A DNA stretch of 64,000 bases from Hormiphora californensis (taxonomy: Eukaryota > Animalia > Ctenophora): the NCBI GenBank assembly GCA_020137815.1, contig CM035355.1:5208001-5272000 (forward strand), in the 5' to 3' direction. Of this stretch, positions 48,080 to 58,492 are shown one piece after another. Made by a program: the position numbers and the translations under genes. The notes under the pieces are model-generated. The model saw nothing but the letters and a program-made list of their open reading frames with translations. It searched no databases and was not told the DNA's origin. The stretch's first letter is position 1, and every line of letters starts with the position of its first letter.

Positions 48080-51000
48080 TTGAGCACCTCACAGACCGGC
48101 TGGAACAGACACAGGAACCCTTCCAGAGAGGAGACCGATAACAGGAGCAAGGAAGAGGATTTTTTCGAGCGCCTCTTGGTGAGGCTGTCGGACAAACTGT
48201 CAGGCCTAGTAGCAAACGAGGTCAACAAACAGAAAACAAGTCCAAATCAGTCGAACGTGTCCTGGAGTATACCCCCTGGGATGACCCTCACTCAAAGTGC
48301 ACGTTAAACGAAAAACGCAACGATGTATACGGAGGTAAGGTTAAAGGCTCAAACCTTATCCTTCTGAACGGGCGAAGTCTCAACCCATCTGCGGGGAGCC
48401 AAACAAAATGGAAAATGCGGTACGTGGCGGACTTGATAACCTCCTCTAAACTTCCAGTTGCCGCAGTAAGTCTCACCGAAACATGGTGGGACGGACGGAT
48501 CGAAGATGCCCAAGTTCATGTTCCAGGGTACAACCTTTTCAGATCTGATCGGGAGTTTAGGACTGGGGGCGGATGTGCACTTCTTATTCACAGTTCCCTC
48601 ATTGTCACCGATACAACCTCAATTAGTGACGATTTCAACAACATGATTGCTGTCTATATACCCCGATGTCACACAATACTGGCCTCGATCTACCGAACGG
48701 GAGAGTACCAGTACCTTCTGGAACACCTCCAGACCTTCATTGACAAACACTCCAACGGAAAATCGATTCCAGACATTTTTATCCTTGGAGACCTAAACCT
48801 GCCACATCACAATTGGGAGGGAACGACTGTGCCAGAGGAAACCAGAACAGATCGCTACGTTTCCGAAACTGAGGTGTTTACTGAAGAAAACTTTCTGAGC
48901 CAGATTGTAACGGACCCTACCAGGGGACAAAACATTTTAGATGTAATCCTAACCAATAGACCAGACTATTTTATCAAAACGGAGGTCGACACATGTGAAA
49001 GTATATCTGATCACAAAATTGTCTTCGGTGTATTAGGATATGATATGACACGTACGATTCCAATTGTTAAGCAAAATTTTGACAGGTGGTCGTTTAGTGG
49101 TGTCTGTTATCACAAAGCAAATTTTGAACAGTTGAGAGAGATACTCCACGATATAGAATGGGATTTACTCTGGGAAATATGTGACTCAGTAGAGAACATG
49201 GACTGTCTAACGGCATTCACTCACCTACTAACCCTCACGATTTTACAGGGCACATGTCTTACGTCACCGACTAGAGCAAACTCCAGAACCACGTTCAAGG
49301 ACAGAGCTCTTACTAAGATGAAATCAAAGAGAAGGAGAATTGCCCGACGTATTGAGAAGCTTAAGAGGAAAGGAGCCAGCGGTTCCAGGATCGAAAAGCT
49401 AGAGGCCCTTGCTACGGAATGTGTTACTAACATTAAAGAACACCTGACTATACAGCTGAACAAGGAAGAGGACAAGGCAGTGGCCCTCATAAAGGAAAAC
49501 CCTAGAGCCTTCTATGCCTACGCGAAGAAAAAGAGGAAGGTCCAGTCAAACATTGGACCTCTACGGACCGTGAACGGGACCCTCACTGACGACCCTTTGG
49601 AGAAATCGGAGATCCTTCAAAGTCAGTATGTGAAAGTATTCAGTGATCCAGACGCAGTGGTTGTTGAGGAAGCGCTGGAGAGAATTGCAGAGAGGACTGA
49701 GAAGTTAGAAGATGTCACCTTCACCCCTTCAACAATCGAGGAAGCGCTAAGTCAACTTAAACCAACTTCAGCAGCACCCCACGGTGATGTCCCAGCGCTG
49801 GTGCTACGGGAATGCCGTCGTCAGCTGGCATACCCCTTGTGGAAGCTGTGGGACCAATCATTTGATAACGGATTCATACCAGAGGATCTGAAGAAGCAGC
49901 AAATAGCGCCTATCTACAAGAAAGGTAACAAGACTCTCCCAGAAAGTTACCGGCCGGTGGCACTCACGAGCCATGTGACTAAGACCTTCGAAAGGATCGT
50001 AAGACAGCAGCTTACGGACTTTGTGGAGAGGACGGGGGTGCTGAACGAAGAGCAGCACGGGTTCAGAGCTGGGAGGAGTACACTAAGTCAACTCCTTAGC
50101 CACTACGATGGCATACTAGAGGATATGAACTCCGGAGTTGAAGTTGATGTCGCGTACATAGACTACGCTAAGGCGTTTGACAAGGTGGATATCAAGATTC
50201 TCCTAGGTAAACTAAGGAAATATGGAGTAAGAGGAAAGCTACTAGAGTGGATTGAGGCTTTTCTGACTGGAAGAACCCAAAAGGTGGCTCTGGAAGGAAA
50301 GTTCTCAAGATCAGAACCGGTTTTGAGTAGTGTGATACAGGGGTCCGTGCTTGGGCCTCTTCTCTTCATCTTGTATATAGCCGATCTAGTGGAATGGACA
50401 AGCGGACACCCACTAACGTTTGCGGATGATACAAAGAACCGTAGAGCTATTAAAGAGCTGGAAGACCAAGAAGCCCTTCAAAAGGACCTGGACGACATCG
50501 CAATCTGGTCGAGAAACAACAACATGATACTTCATGAAGACAAGTACGAAGTTATGAATTACAGATTGAACAATACAATATTCCTGCGGGCACTTCCCTT
50601 CAATGTCCAGTGCTACCGATACAACAGCACATCGGGTGAAGCCATCGAGCCAGCCTATTGTGTTAAGGATCTGGGGATTTACATGACGGACGACGCCTCC
50701 TGGGAAACCCATATCAGCATCATCTCCAAGGAGGCCAAGCGCCTGGCCGGGTGGACTTTGGGAGTATTCAGAGACCGATCTGAAGGAACGATGCTGACAC
50801 TACTAAAGTCTTTGATTAGGCCAAAGCTGGAGTACTGTTCCCCACTTTGGTCACCGTGTAAAATCAAAGATATTGCTCAACTGGAAACCGTACAGAGATT
50901 CTTCACTCGACGGGTGAAAGAATGTGAAGGTATGGACTATTGGGAAAGGATTAAGTATCTGAGGATTCTGTCTCTACAAAGAAGAAGAGAACGGTACATG

Positions 51001-51516
51001 ATAATTCAGGTATGGAAGATACTTCACGAGATGGTACCAAACAGCACGAACATATCCTTCTACAACCACCTTCGCCATGGACCAAAGGCCCATCTCCCAC
51101 AAATCCATCACACTGCTCAAAAATCAGTCCAGACTCTTCGAGAGGAATCTTTTGGGATACGAGCTATCCAACTCTTCAACAGGATGCCGACATCAGTCCG
51201 TCTATCTACATCTGTTGACAACCTAAAAGTCAATCTGGGCAGATTTCTCGACACCCTTCCGGAAAGACCTCCGGTCACAGGATACCACACAACTGGGGAC
51301 AACTCGCTCTTTAGTCTGCTGACGGAAGGCAAGTAACCTTCATTCCCACTTATCACAACACTTCACGTGGATGCTTAGGCTGAGTGCGTGGTATTATTTT
51401 GACTTTTTATTGTGTACAATACCAAAACTTATTTGTAATTCTTGTAATTCTTGTAATTCTTGTAAGTGTACGCCCTGCGGACCCAAAAACTAAAGAGTAA
51501 AAAGCAAAAAAAGCAA
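48080..51516 (+). mobile_element. CR1/L2-group non-LTR retrotransposon, 5'-truncated in ORF1
   Basis: ORF1 tail, intact APE+RT ORF2, and a 3' UTR with (TTGTAATTC)x3 followed by an A-rich end. Both boundaries are approximate. Confidence 0.88.
48415..51336 (+). CDS. LINE ORF2: AP-endonuclease + reverse transcriptase
   Basis: LTETW, GDLN, SDH (APE); YRPVALTS, QHGFR, DYAKAFD, QGSVLGP, FADD, KDLG, RPKLEY (RT). No stops. The frame is open from 48142. Confidence 0.95.
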   Translation: MRYVADLITSSKLPVAAVSLTETWWDGRIEDAQVHVPGYNLFRSDREFRTGGGCALLIHSSLIVTDTTSISDDFNNMIAVYIPRCHTILASIYRTGEYQYLLEHLQTFIDKHSNGKSIPDIFILGDLNLPHHNWEGTTVPEETRTDRYVSETEVFTEENFLSQIVTDPTRGQNILDVILTNRPDYFIKTEVDTCESISDHKIVFGVLGYDMTRTIPIVKQNFDRWSFSGVCYHKANFEQLREILHDIEWDLLWEICDSVENMDCLTAFTHLLTLTILQGTCLTSPTRANSRTTFKDRALTKMKSKRRRIARRIEKLKRKGASGSRIEKLEALATECVTNIKEHLTIQLNKEEDKAVALIKENPRAFYAYAKKKRKVQSNIGPLRTVNGTLTDDPLEKSEILQSQYVKVFSDPDAVVVEEALERIAERTEKLEDVTFTPSTIEEALSQLKPTSAAPHGDVPALVLRECRRQLAYPLWKLWDQSFDNGFIPEDLKKQQIAPIYKKGNKTLPESYRPVALTSHVTKTFERIVRQQLTDFVERTGVLNEEQHGFRAGRSTLSQLLSHYDGILEDMNSGVEVDVAYIDYAKAFDKVDIKILLGKLRKYGVRGKLLEWIEAFLTGRTQKVALEGKFSRSEPVLSSVIQGSVLGPLLFILYIADLVEWTSGHPLTFADDTKNRRAIKELEDQEALQKDLDDIAIWSRNNNMILHEDKYEVMNYRLNNTIFLRALPFNVQCYRYNSTSGEAIEPAYCVKDLGIYMTDDASWETHISIISKEAKRLAGWTLGVFRDRSEGTMLTLLKSLIRPKLEYCSPLWSPCKIKDIAQLETVQRFFTRRVKECEGMDYWERIKYLRILSLQRRRERYMIIQVWKILHEMVPNSTNISFYNHLRHGPKAHLPQIHHTAQKSVQTLREESFGIRAIQLFNRMPTSVRLSTSVDNLKVNLGRFLDTLPERPPVTGYHTTGDNSLFSLLTEGK

Positions 51517-51723
51517 ATCAAAAACAGAAGCGGCAAGAAGCATTTTTATTTTCGAAATGAAGAAACGTAAACGCTGCACTGCATTTTGGTAAAACGTACG
51601 TAACGCGCCAATTATTTCTCAAAAACGTCTGCCCCGCGCGGCTTAAAAGTAAGTTTTTTAATTTTGATTTTCTCTGCTCTAAAAATTTACACATTTCGTT
51701 TTTGTATTTCGCTTTCCCGGTAA

Positions 51724-51942
51724 AGTCGGATTTTTTGAAACTGTCACCCCCCTGAAATAACAAATTTGCCATATCTCCGGTTCCTGATAAGATAGAGACT
51801 TGAAATTTGGAGGTTCGGAAGAACTTAGCAAGATCTTCGTAACCTCCAAATTTCAAGTCTCTATCTCGTCAGGAACCGGATTTATTGTCATTTACGAAAT
51901 TTGAAAATACCCAGGGGGGTGACAGTTTCAAAAAATCCGACT
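51724..51942. mobile_element. Kolobok-like MITE immediately upstream of APRT
   Basis: 29-bp TIR AGTCGGATTTTTTGAAACTGTCACCCCCC; flanks GTAA/TTAG (degenerate TTAA); inner palindrome related to 9077-9300. Confidence 0.7.
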
Positions 51943-51969
51943 TTAGATTCGCTTAGTATTCGCGACGAA

Positions 51970-52590
51970 ATGGTGGATACAGGGCTGTTAGAGAGACTAA
52001 AAGAGGCTGTAAAAGATGCTCCTGACTTCCCCAGACCCGGAATTTTGTTCAAAGACATTATGCCAGTGTTCCAGGACCCCAAACTTGTTTGGGAAACATG
52101 TGAAGCACTCGTTGAAGAGGTTAAAAAGGTCGGAAAGCCGGATGTTATCATTGGGATCGAGGCCCGGGGTTTCTTGATTGGTCCTATCATGTCCATGATA
52201 ATGGGAATTCCTTTCGTGGCTATCAGGAAAAAGGGAAAACTGCCACGGGAGTGTTTCTCAGTAAAATATGAAAAAGTAAGTGGCAGATCACTCACTGTAT
52301 TGAGTGTAACTCAGTTCAAATTTACTATTTATCACTTCGATTTTTACATGTCCAGTTTTCAGGAGTACGGAGTAGATGAGTTTGACATGCAGAAAGATTC
52401 CTTGACACCTGGCCAAAAAGTGGTGGTTGTAGACGATTTGTTGGCGACTGGCGGTACATTGGAGGCAGCAGCTAAATTGTGCGACATGGCGAAAGCAACC
52501 GTGATAACGCATTGTATCATGTTTGAGTTAGACTTTTTGAAGGGTAGGGAAAGGTTATCGCACCCTGTCGTATCTCTTGTGAGATATTGA
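51970..52590 (+). CDS. APRT: Adenine phosphoribosyltransferase
   Basis: PDFPRPGILFKDI, GIEARGF, IRKKGKLP, YEK|EYG, VVVVDDLLATGGT. One 87-nt intron at 52276-52362. Confidence 0.97.
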   Translation: MVDTGLLERLKEAVKDAPDFPRPGILFKDIMPVFQDPKLVWETCEALVEEVKKVGKPDVIIGIEARGFLIGPIMSMIMGIPFVAIRKKGKLPRECFSVKYEKVSGRSLTVLSVTQFKFTIYHFDFYMSSFQEYGVDEFDMQKDSLTPGQKVVVVDDLLATGGTLEAAAKLCDMAKATVITHCIMFELDFLKGRERLSHPVVSLVRY

Positions 52591-52925
52591 GGGGGTTTCT
52601 CTTCTTTTTAGTGCTTTTTAGGGGCTGTTTTTTATTAACGACTAGAGTACCCGTTTGCTGGGAACCCGTGACCTGGTAAATGGTAATTTATCGTCATATA
52701 ACCGGTGACATTTGTGTTTGATTTTTAAAAGATAATTTGTTTGTTCCTTAGAGCAAAATGGCCATTACAATTTTGGCGAGGCGGGAAATCATTTACTGTA
52801 ACGCGCGAATTTCCCCAAAAAAGCGCTGCTTTTTTACGCCGCGCCGTGTGGTAATTCTCTATGCGCGCAGTGTAAAATTTTAAAATTCATTGAAAATTTC
52901 CTCTCGTTCGCGTTATATAAGGTGA

Positions 52926-53044
52926 AAGCGAAACAACAACGAACTGGCTGCGCGTCGCGCATTCGTTGCGCATAACGATCTCACCGGAGAGATTCACATG
53001 CGCAACGTTGCGGGACGCGCAGCCAGTTCGTTGTTGTTTCGCTT
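52926..53044. repeat. Inverted repeat / mini-MITE
   Basis: AAGCGAAACAACAACGAACTGGCTGCGCGTC pairs with GACGCGCAGCCAGTTCGTTGTTGTTTCGCTT. Confidence 0.8.
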
Positions 53045-54019
53045 ACACTTTACTCCATTTTTTTTCAACTGTTCACCCCCCAAAGTCGTGCGCGGAATTG
53101 TTTTGCGCGTTTATCACATGTTAACGTGTAGCGCGCGCCACCCAAATTGTAATTTTTATCGAATTTCAGTTTTTTGGTTTAGTTACTATTTATTTATTTA
53201 TTTATGTTTATAAGTCGCATGGGACGTGCGTGGTGTACCAGGAGTGGTGGATTGTGAAGCCACTCTTGTTGTGTCCCTCTCCCTCCTTCTCCGTGTGCCA
53301 ACACAACACTATACTGGTACACCCGCACAGTCGTGTTCCATTTTGTTTTTGGGTGAACAGTTGAAAAAAAATGGACTTTATGTCGCCAAAAAAAAGTCGA
53401 CGAAAAATTCCAAATTCGTGAATTATAAGAACTCCGGTCAGTTCTAATCTTGCCAATCCGTTTTCCGGGAACCCCTGGCCAAAGGACATTAAAATTCACA
53501 TAACGACCAAGTTTCATATCGATTGGATAAGATTTTGGGTGGCTACGGTGAAAAATATCGTATTTTTGGCATTTTTAACTTTCCCGACGCGATTTACGAC
53601 CCTTAAACATTGAGTTACGGGAAATCGCTATCATGTAAAATGAAGTTCAAACGATTCTCTTTCCCCACTATTGCGTTAGTTTTTTGATTTAGAGCCGTTT
53701 TCAGGGTCTTAGAAGCGTTTGAAAAAATGTAAGTATTTTTGGTGCAATGACGTCACCCCGTGACGTCACTGTTGTAAAGATCGGATCAAAAATCTGAGCC
53801 CGTACTTACACCCGCCTTGGTCCAAAGTACCAGTGTACAAATTTTCAGGGGTCTAGCTCAAAAACTGTAGGAGGAGTAGGGAGAAAACAATTATCGGACT
53901 AACATTTTGGAAATTATTATTTAACGATAGAGTTATGTTTAGTTGATTTAGTAGCAGGTTATTTTATACAAGTTGTTTTTCTATTTCAAGTTCTTCACTA
54001 AATTGCTTTTATTCCTAGC

Positions 54020-54541
54020 ATGTTGGCTCCGGTATCTGGGTTTCGGAAACTGAATGTTGGATCAACAACACCCAATACACCGCCCCCAACATCTCTCAAA
54101 GGAACCCGACTGTCCCTGCACAGTTCCCTTCAACAAACAAGTACTGGAATTCAGGCGTTGGATTTGGTTCTTGGAAATGGTGTGAATCTCTCCTCTGCTA
54201 CACTTTTTATTGTAAGTTACTCACTTTCAATGTTCTCTTTCTCAAAAATGCTTCTTTATCTCTCTTTCTCTCTTTGTTTAAAAAACTAACACGTGCGTGC
54301 TGCTCAGATCGGCCTGTATGTGCTTTGTGTCAGACAAAAGAAAACAAAAAGTATGCCTCATGGCAGCCCGATGCGGGGCTCGAACCCGCGACCCCGAGAT
54401 TAAGAGTCTCGTGCTCTACCGACTGAGCTAACCGGGCGCTGTGCGATTGACATTTTGAAAGTTCATATACACTCAAACACACCTGGAAAACCCCTGCAGA
54501 CGGGCTGCCGCAATTTTCTACCTGCAATACTGCAGTGTATC

Positions 54542-54637
<96 letters not shown>

Positions 54638-55768
54638 ACGTCTACAGATTGTTAACCCACACAGTTGTGTATGTACATACAAATGTACAAAACTCAAGTA
54701 ATACTTTTCCGCCATCCTCTAATTTTCACTTCTTTCAAGTAAATTATAAAATTTCAATGCTAAATCTCCCGTTATGTTTCCAGGAGAGAGATAGGGGTGA
54801 GTACACACCCCAGTTTGCTCGACATTTCATATCGGAGGGTGTATCACATGGCCATACTGTGGTTTGTTGTGGGGAGAGGGTAGAACAGTGGCTGGAAACA
54901 CTCCCTACGCCCATACAACAAGGTAGTTGCCTAGTTATTAAGTGGTAATTTTGTACAGTTATTTATTTAGTGGTAGCTGGTTTGATTTGTGTCGCTCACA
55001 CCGCATTTTATTTCTGTGGGGGTTTGGTAGAGCAAGGTTTGATTTAATAATTTACAGAAGATTCAGTTTTCAAAATTCAATCAAATCATCTTATTTTCAG
55101 ATGAAAAACAAGATCAAGAACCAGATCTCCCAGAGGACCAGCTGAAGATAGCGTGGCGTTACAAGCGCCGTATTCAGGCTCGATACAGCCACAGTTACGA
55201 TCTCTCGAAACATCTCCCTACCTCCCAACTAACATCCTGTCACGTGATACCATCATCAACTCCAGCTCAGGAGATACTAGATCAAATATCAGATCACATC
55301 ACAAAAACTGATAATGTTGTGAGGGTTATCCTTGATCGTCCGTTTTTTCCTGATCTGGAAGATTCATCCGTTTTCCGTTTTCATTACCTACTCCGCCAGA
55401 TTACAAACACTAAAAACTCGGTCCTTCTTTGTACCTACCCGGATTGTATTCCATCTTCACTCTCTTTCTCCCTCTCTTCTCTATACAACAACTCTCTAAC
55501 GATAAACTCACTGCCTCGAGACAAGACCTCTGTTTACAGAGATTATCATGGGATCATTAATCTGAACAAAGTTGACAACATGTGCAGTTTTACTTCGCCC
55601 ACACCGGATATGTCAGATCGGTTTTTCAAGATCCAGAGAAAGAAGTTTATTGTGGAGAAGATGCACCTTCCACCAGATCTGAGTGAAACTGTCAGTAGAT
55701 CGAGTTCGACTAACAGTGGCAGTGGTGGTTGTGGGAGTGGCGGTGGGGCTTCCGCTTTAGATTTTTAA
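54020..55768 (+). CDS. ELP4: Elongator complex protein 4
   Basis: Exons 54020-54211, 54784-54922 and 55101-55768. GTRLS..TSTG..LD..LG.G, FISEG, LKIAWRY, HSYDLSK, FKIQRKKFIVEKMHLPPDLSETVSR, terminal LDF. Confidence 0.92.
54365..54437 (-). tRNA. tRNA-Lys (CTT)
   Basis: GCCCGGTTAGCTCAGTCGGTAGAGCACGAGACTCTTAATCTCGGGGTCGCGGGTTCGAGCCCCGCATCGGGCT: cloverleaf, A and B boxes, anticodon CTT, T5 terminator ~15 nt downstream. It is antisense within ELP4 intron 1. Confidence 0.95.
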
Positions 55769-55902
55769 AGGGTGTTTATAATGTTTGAAATATGTAGTTT
55801 TATTAACTTATTTGACCTTTTTTAGATTATAATTTTAGCACTTAGAACTTTTGAGTGTATTTCCGATTGTGGCTAACCCTGTTTCCCCTTGTCCTAGCTG
55901 AT

Positions 55903-58130
55903 ATGGACGGTCTTGTTGGATACGGATCAGATAGTAGTGATGAAGATGAAACTGTACAACCCCCTACAACCACTCCAAAACCGGCCACAACCACTCCTAA
56001 ACCAGCCACAACCACTCCTAAACCACCTAAAACCACTCCAAAACCACCTGTTGACGATCTGTTCCCCGTTAGAAGGGTAGAAGAACCGACCTCTTCAGCT
56101 GCGATACATATCTCAGATGAGGAGGATACTCCCCCAGTACCCCGATCCTCTTCCTCATCATCATCATCAGCTCCAAAGAAGATCCTTCCAAAGTTGTCTG
56201 AACTGATCCAGCGGGCCCAGATTGTCTCTGTAAAGAGCGAGGAGTTAAAGGTTGAGGATGGATCCGTGGCATCTCTCCTTCCCGCTCCTAAATCTGATGG
56301 TGCGGTTGGGGAGCTGGAATTGGAGCATCTCAGAAAGGGAAAACGGGCCAAAAAGGATAAAAAGAAGAAGATTTTTGCAATTGATCTTGACGACTATCTG
56401 AATGATGAGGAGGACGAGAAGGAAAAGAAGAAGAAAAAGGAACGACCGGTGAAACCTAAATCTGGTTCAGGGTTATTCTCTGTCCTGCCGCAACCCAAAA
56501 ACTGTAAACTCGGCTCCAAATCAGCACGTTCTGTTGTCGCCCCAGATAAACCTTCAGTAAAACCGGTTAACTTCCTCCAACCTCGAACCCTAAAACGTCC
56601 TGCTGCTGCTAACAAGAAGAATGAAGATGAAAATGAGGAAGAAGACGAAGGAGCTGGATCATCATCAGATTTCTTCTCGTTTGGAAAATCGGAGAAAGAG
56701 ACGGAGGAACTGGAAAGGGCGGCCAAGAGTGTGAAATTGGAGACTTATAAACCCAAGCCGGTAAGTGTACTGTTACACACATAGTGTTATGTGAGGGGTT
56801 ACCCGAAATAGTAACATATCACCAGCCCAACATCTGTTATCAGTTTGTTGAGATTTGTTACAGTTGGTCAGCTTTCCCTTTCCTTTTTTAACACAAACTG
56901 TCAACTTGCAATTTTGTTTCTTCCCGTTTCTAGAATCAGCAAATTTCAGCATTTTTTAATCCCCCTCAGATTGTAGTGAATACTCCAGAAACAACTCCTG
57001 CTAGTAACATCAGATCTATAGACTCCATACCCGTACCTGTGGATGAGGAGGAAGAGGAGGGAGCTGCAAGCAATGGGGTGGACCTGATTAATGAACTTGG
57101 AAAGGTTTGTTGTTGCTCCCTCCACCCCCCTCCATAAACGCCCTCCCCATTACAAACGCCCTATCCAGAGAATCATCAATCACTCTGTTTCCCTATATAT
57201 AAACGAGACTGTGGTTTTTGGTGTTGAATAATTATGAGAATCATTCGATCGAATGCCAGTGTAGGGCCAGAGTTGAGTGAACAATGAACATACTGTATGA
57301 TAATTTAGGGCAATTTCTATCGTCAGTTCATTTTCATGTTTGCAACACACAATATTCTGTGTTGGTACGTGTGTGTGAGAGACTGAGATTTGATTGATGA
57401 TACCCCTTCCTTCTTGTCATTTTACCCTGTCAAACATGTTTCACACACTCTTCCTCCTCCCTTCCTCTCAAAACCTCCCTCCTTCCCTCTATCAGGACAT
57501 TGAAAAGGTACCCCACGGGTTCCGGGACCTTGCGTTTAACAACACGGCCATTATTGACATTAACCAGGAAATGCCGTCGACAGAGGAATGGGCCCTCAAA
57601 CATCTTCATCATGTACGTGACCTGATTTGTTTTGATTGTTTGTGATTGCTGCCTCTGGAGAATAACCTAGTGTGCTGATTTATTGGAGATATATTGTTTT
57701 GGAATACAATCGGCTATCTCCCATCAGTGTGATCTGGTTTTCAATATTGATACTTTCACAGACATTCAGATCTAAGGACTAAGAGCTGTAATTAATTAGC
57801 AATGTTTTTGGAGATCTGATCTTTGGTAGACTCCCTCAGTACTGTTTTTTTTCAATATCATTAAAACCCCTCTCCCAACTACTAACTAATTATCACTAAC
57901 TAATTATCACTAATTATCACTAATTATCACTAACTAATTATCACTCCTTTAACCAGGAAGAAGAGGCAAGGAGTGCGTCTAAATGTCCCGTTCAAGGGAA
58001 GGACAGGAGCAAGAACCAAATCGGATATCTGGCCTGGCAGGCTAAAGAAAGGGAGATTGAGCTTAAAAACCAGTGGGCCTCAAATCGGGCCAACAAACAC
58101 GCCACACAAAGCAAATACGGATTCAGATGA
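55903..58130 (+). CDS. PRCC: Proline-rich protein PRCC homolog
   Basis: Exons 55903-56760, 56970-57104, 57496-57612 and 57957-58130. N-terminal LVGYGSDSSD, GLFSVLPQPK, and C-terminal NQIGYLAWQAKEREIELKNQW...TQSKYGF. Confidence 0.88.
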
Positions 58131-58249
58131 GGAATTATTTTGTATTTTGTGGCGCTATCATTATATTTGTACAATGTTTTAACTACACTTTTATGAGATG
58201 GAAACCTGTATTCATTCCTTAATTTTTCTACCACTCCTAAACCCCCTCT

Positions 58250-58430
58250 CAATCTCTAACTAATTTCAGCCCCCCTCTCTCTCAATCTCTAACTAATTTC
58301 AGCCCTCCCCTCTCAATCTCTAACTAATTTCAGCCCTCCCTCTCTCAATCCCTAACTAATTTCAGCCCCCCTCTCTCTCAATCCCTAACTAATTTCATCC
58401 CTCCCCTCTCAATCCCTTACTAATTTCAGC
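58250..58430 (+). repeat. Tandem repeat ~32 bp x 6 in the PRCC/membrane-protein spacer
   Basis: Unit CTCTCAATC(T/C)CTAACTAATTTCAGCCC. Confidence 0.9.
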
Positions 58431-58492
58431 TCAATAGTTACACGATGGTAACATGACCATCTAACACACCTTTCCCGGATAACAACACCAAC

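Noticed and set aside
51901-51969. N-terminal extension of APRT in the ORF track
   Set aside because: It starts at TTG within the MITE TIR; the real start is likely ATG 51970.
53172-53930. Probable interspersed repeat between APRT and ELP4
   Set aside because: It looks repeat-like, but no termini, TSD or second copy could be established in this window.
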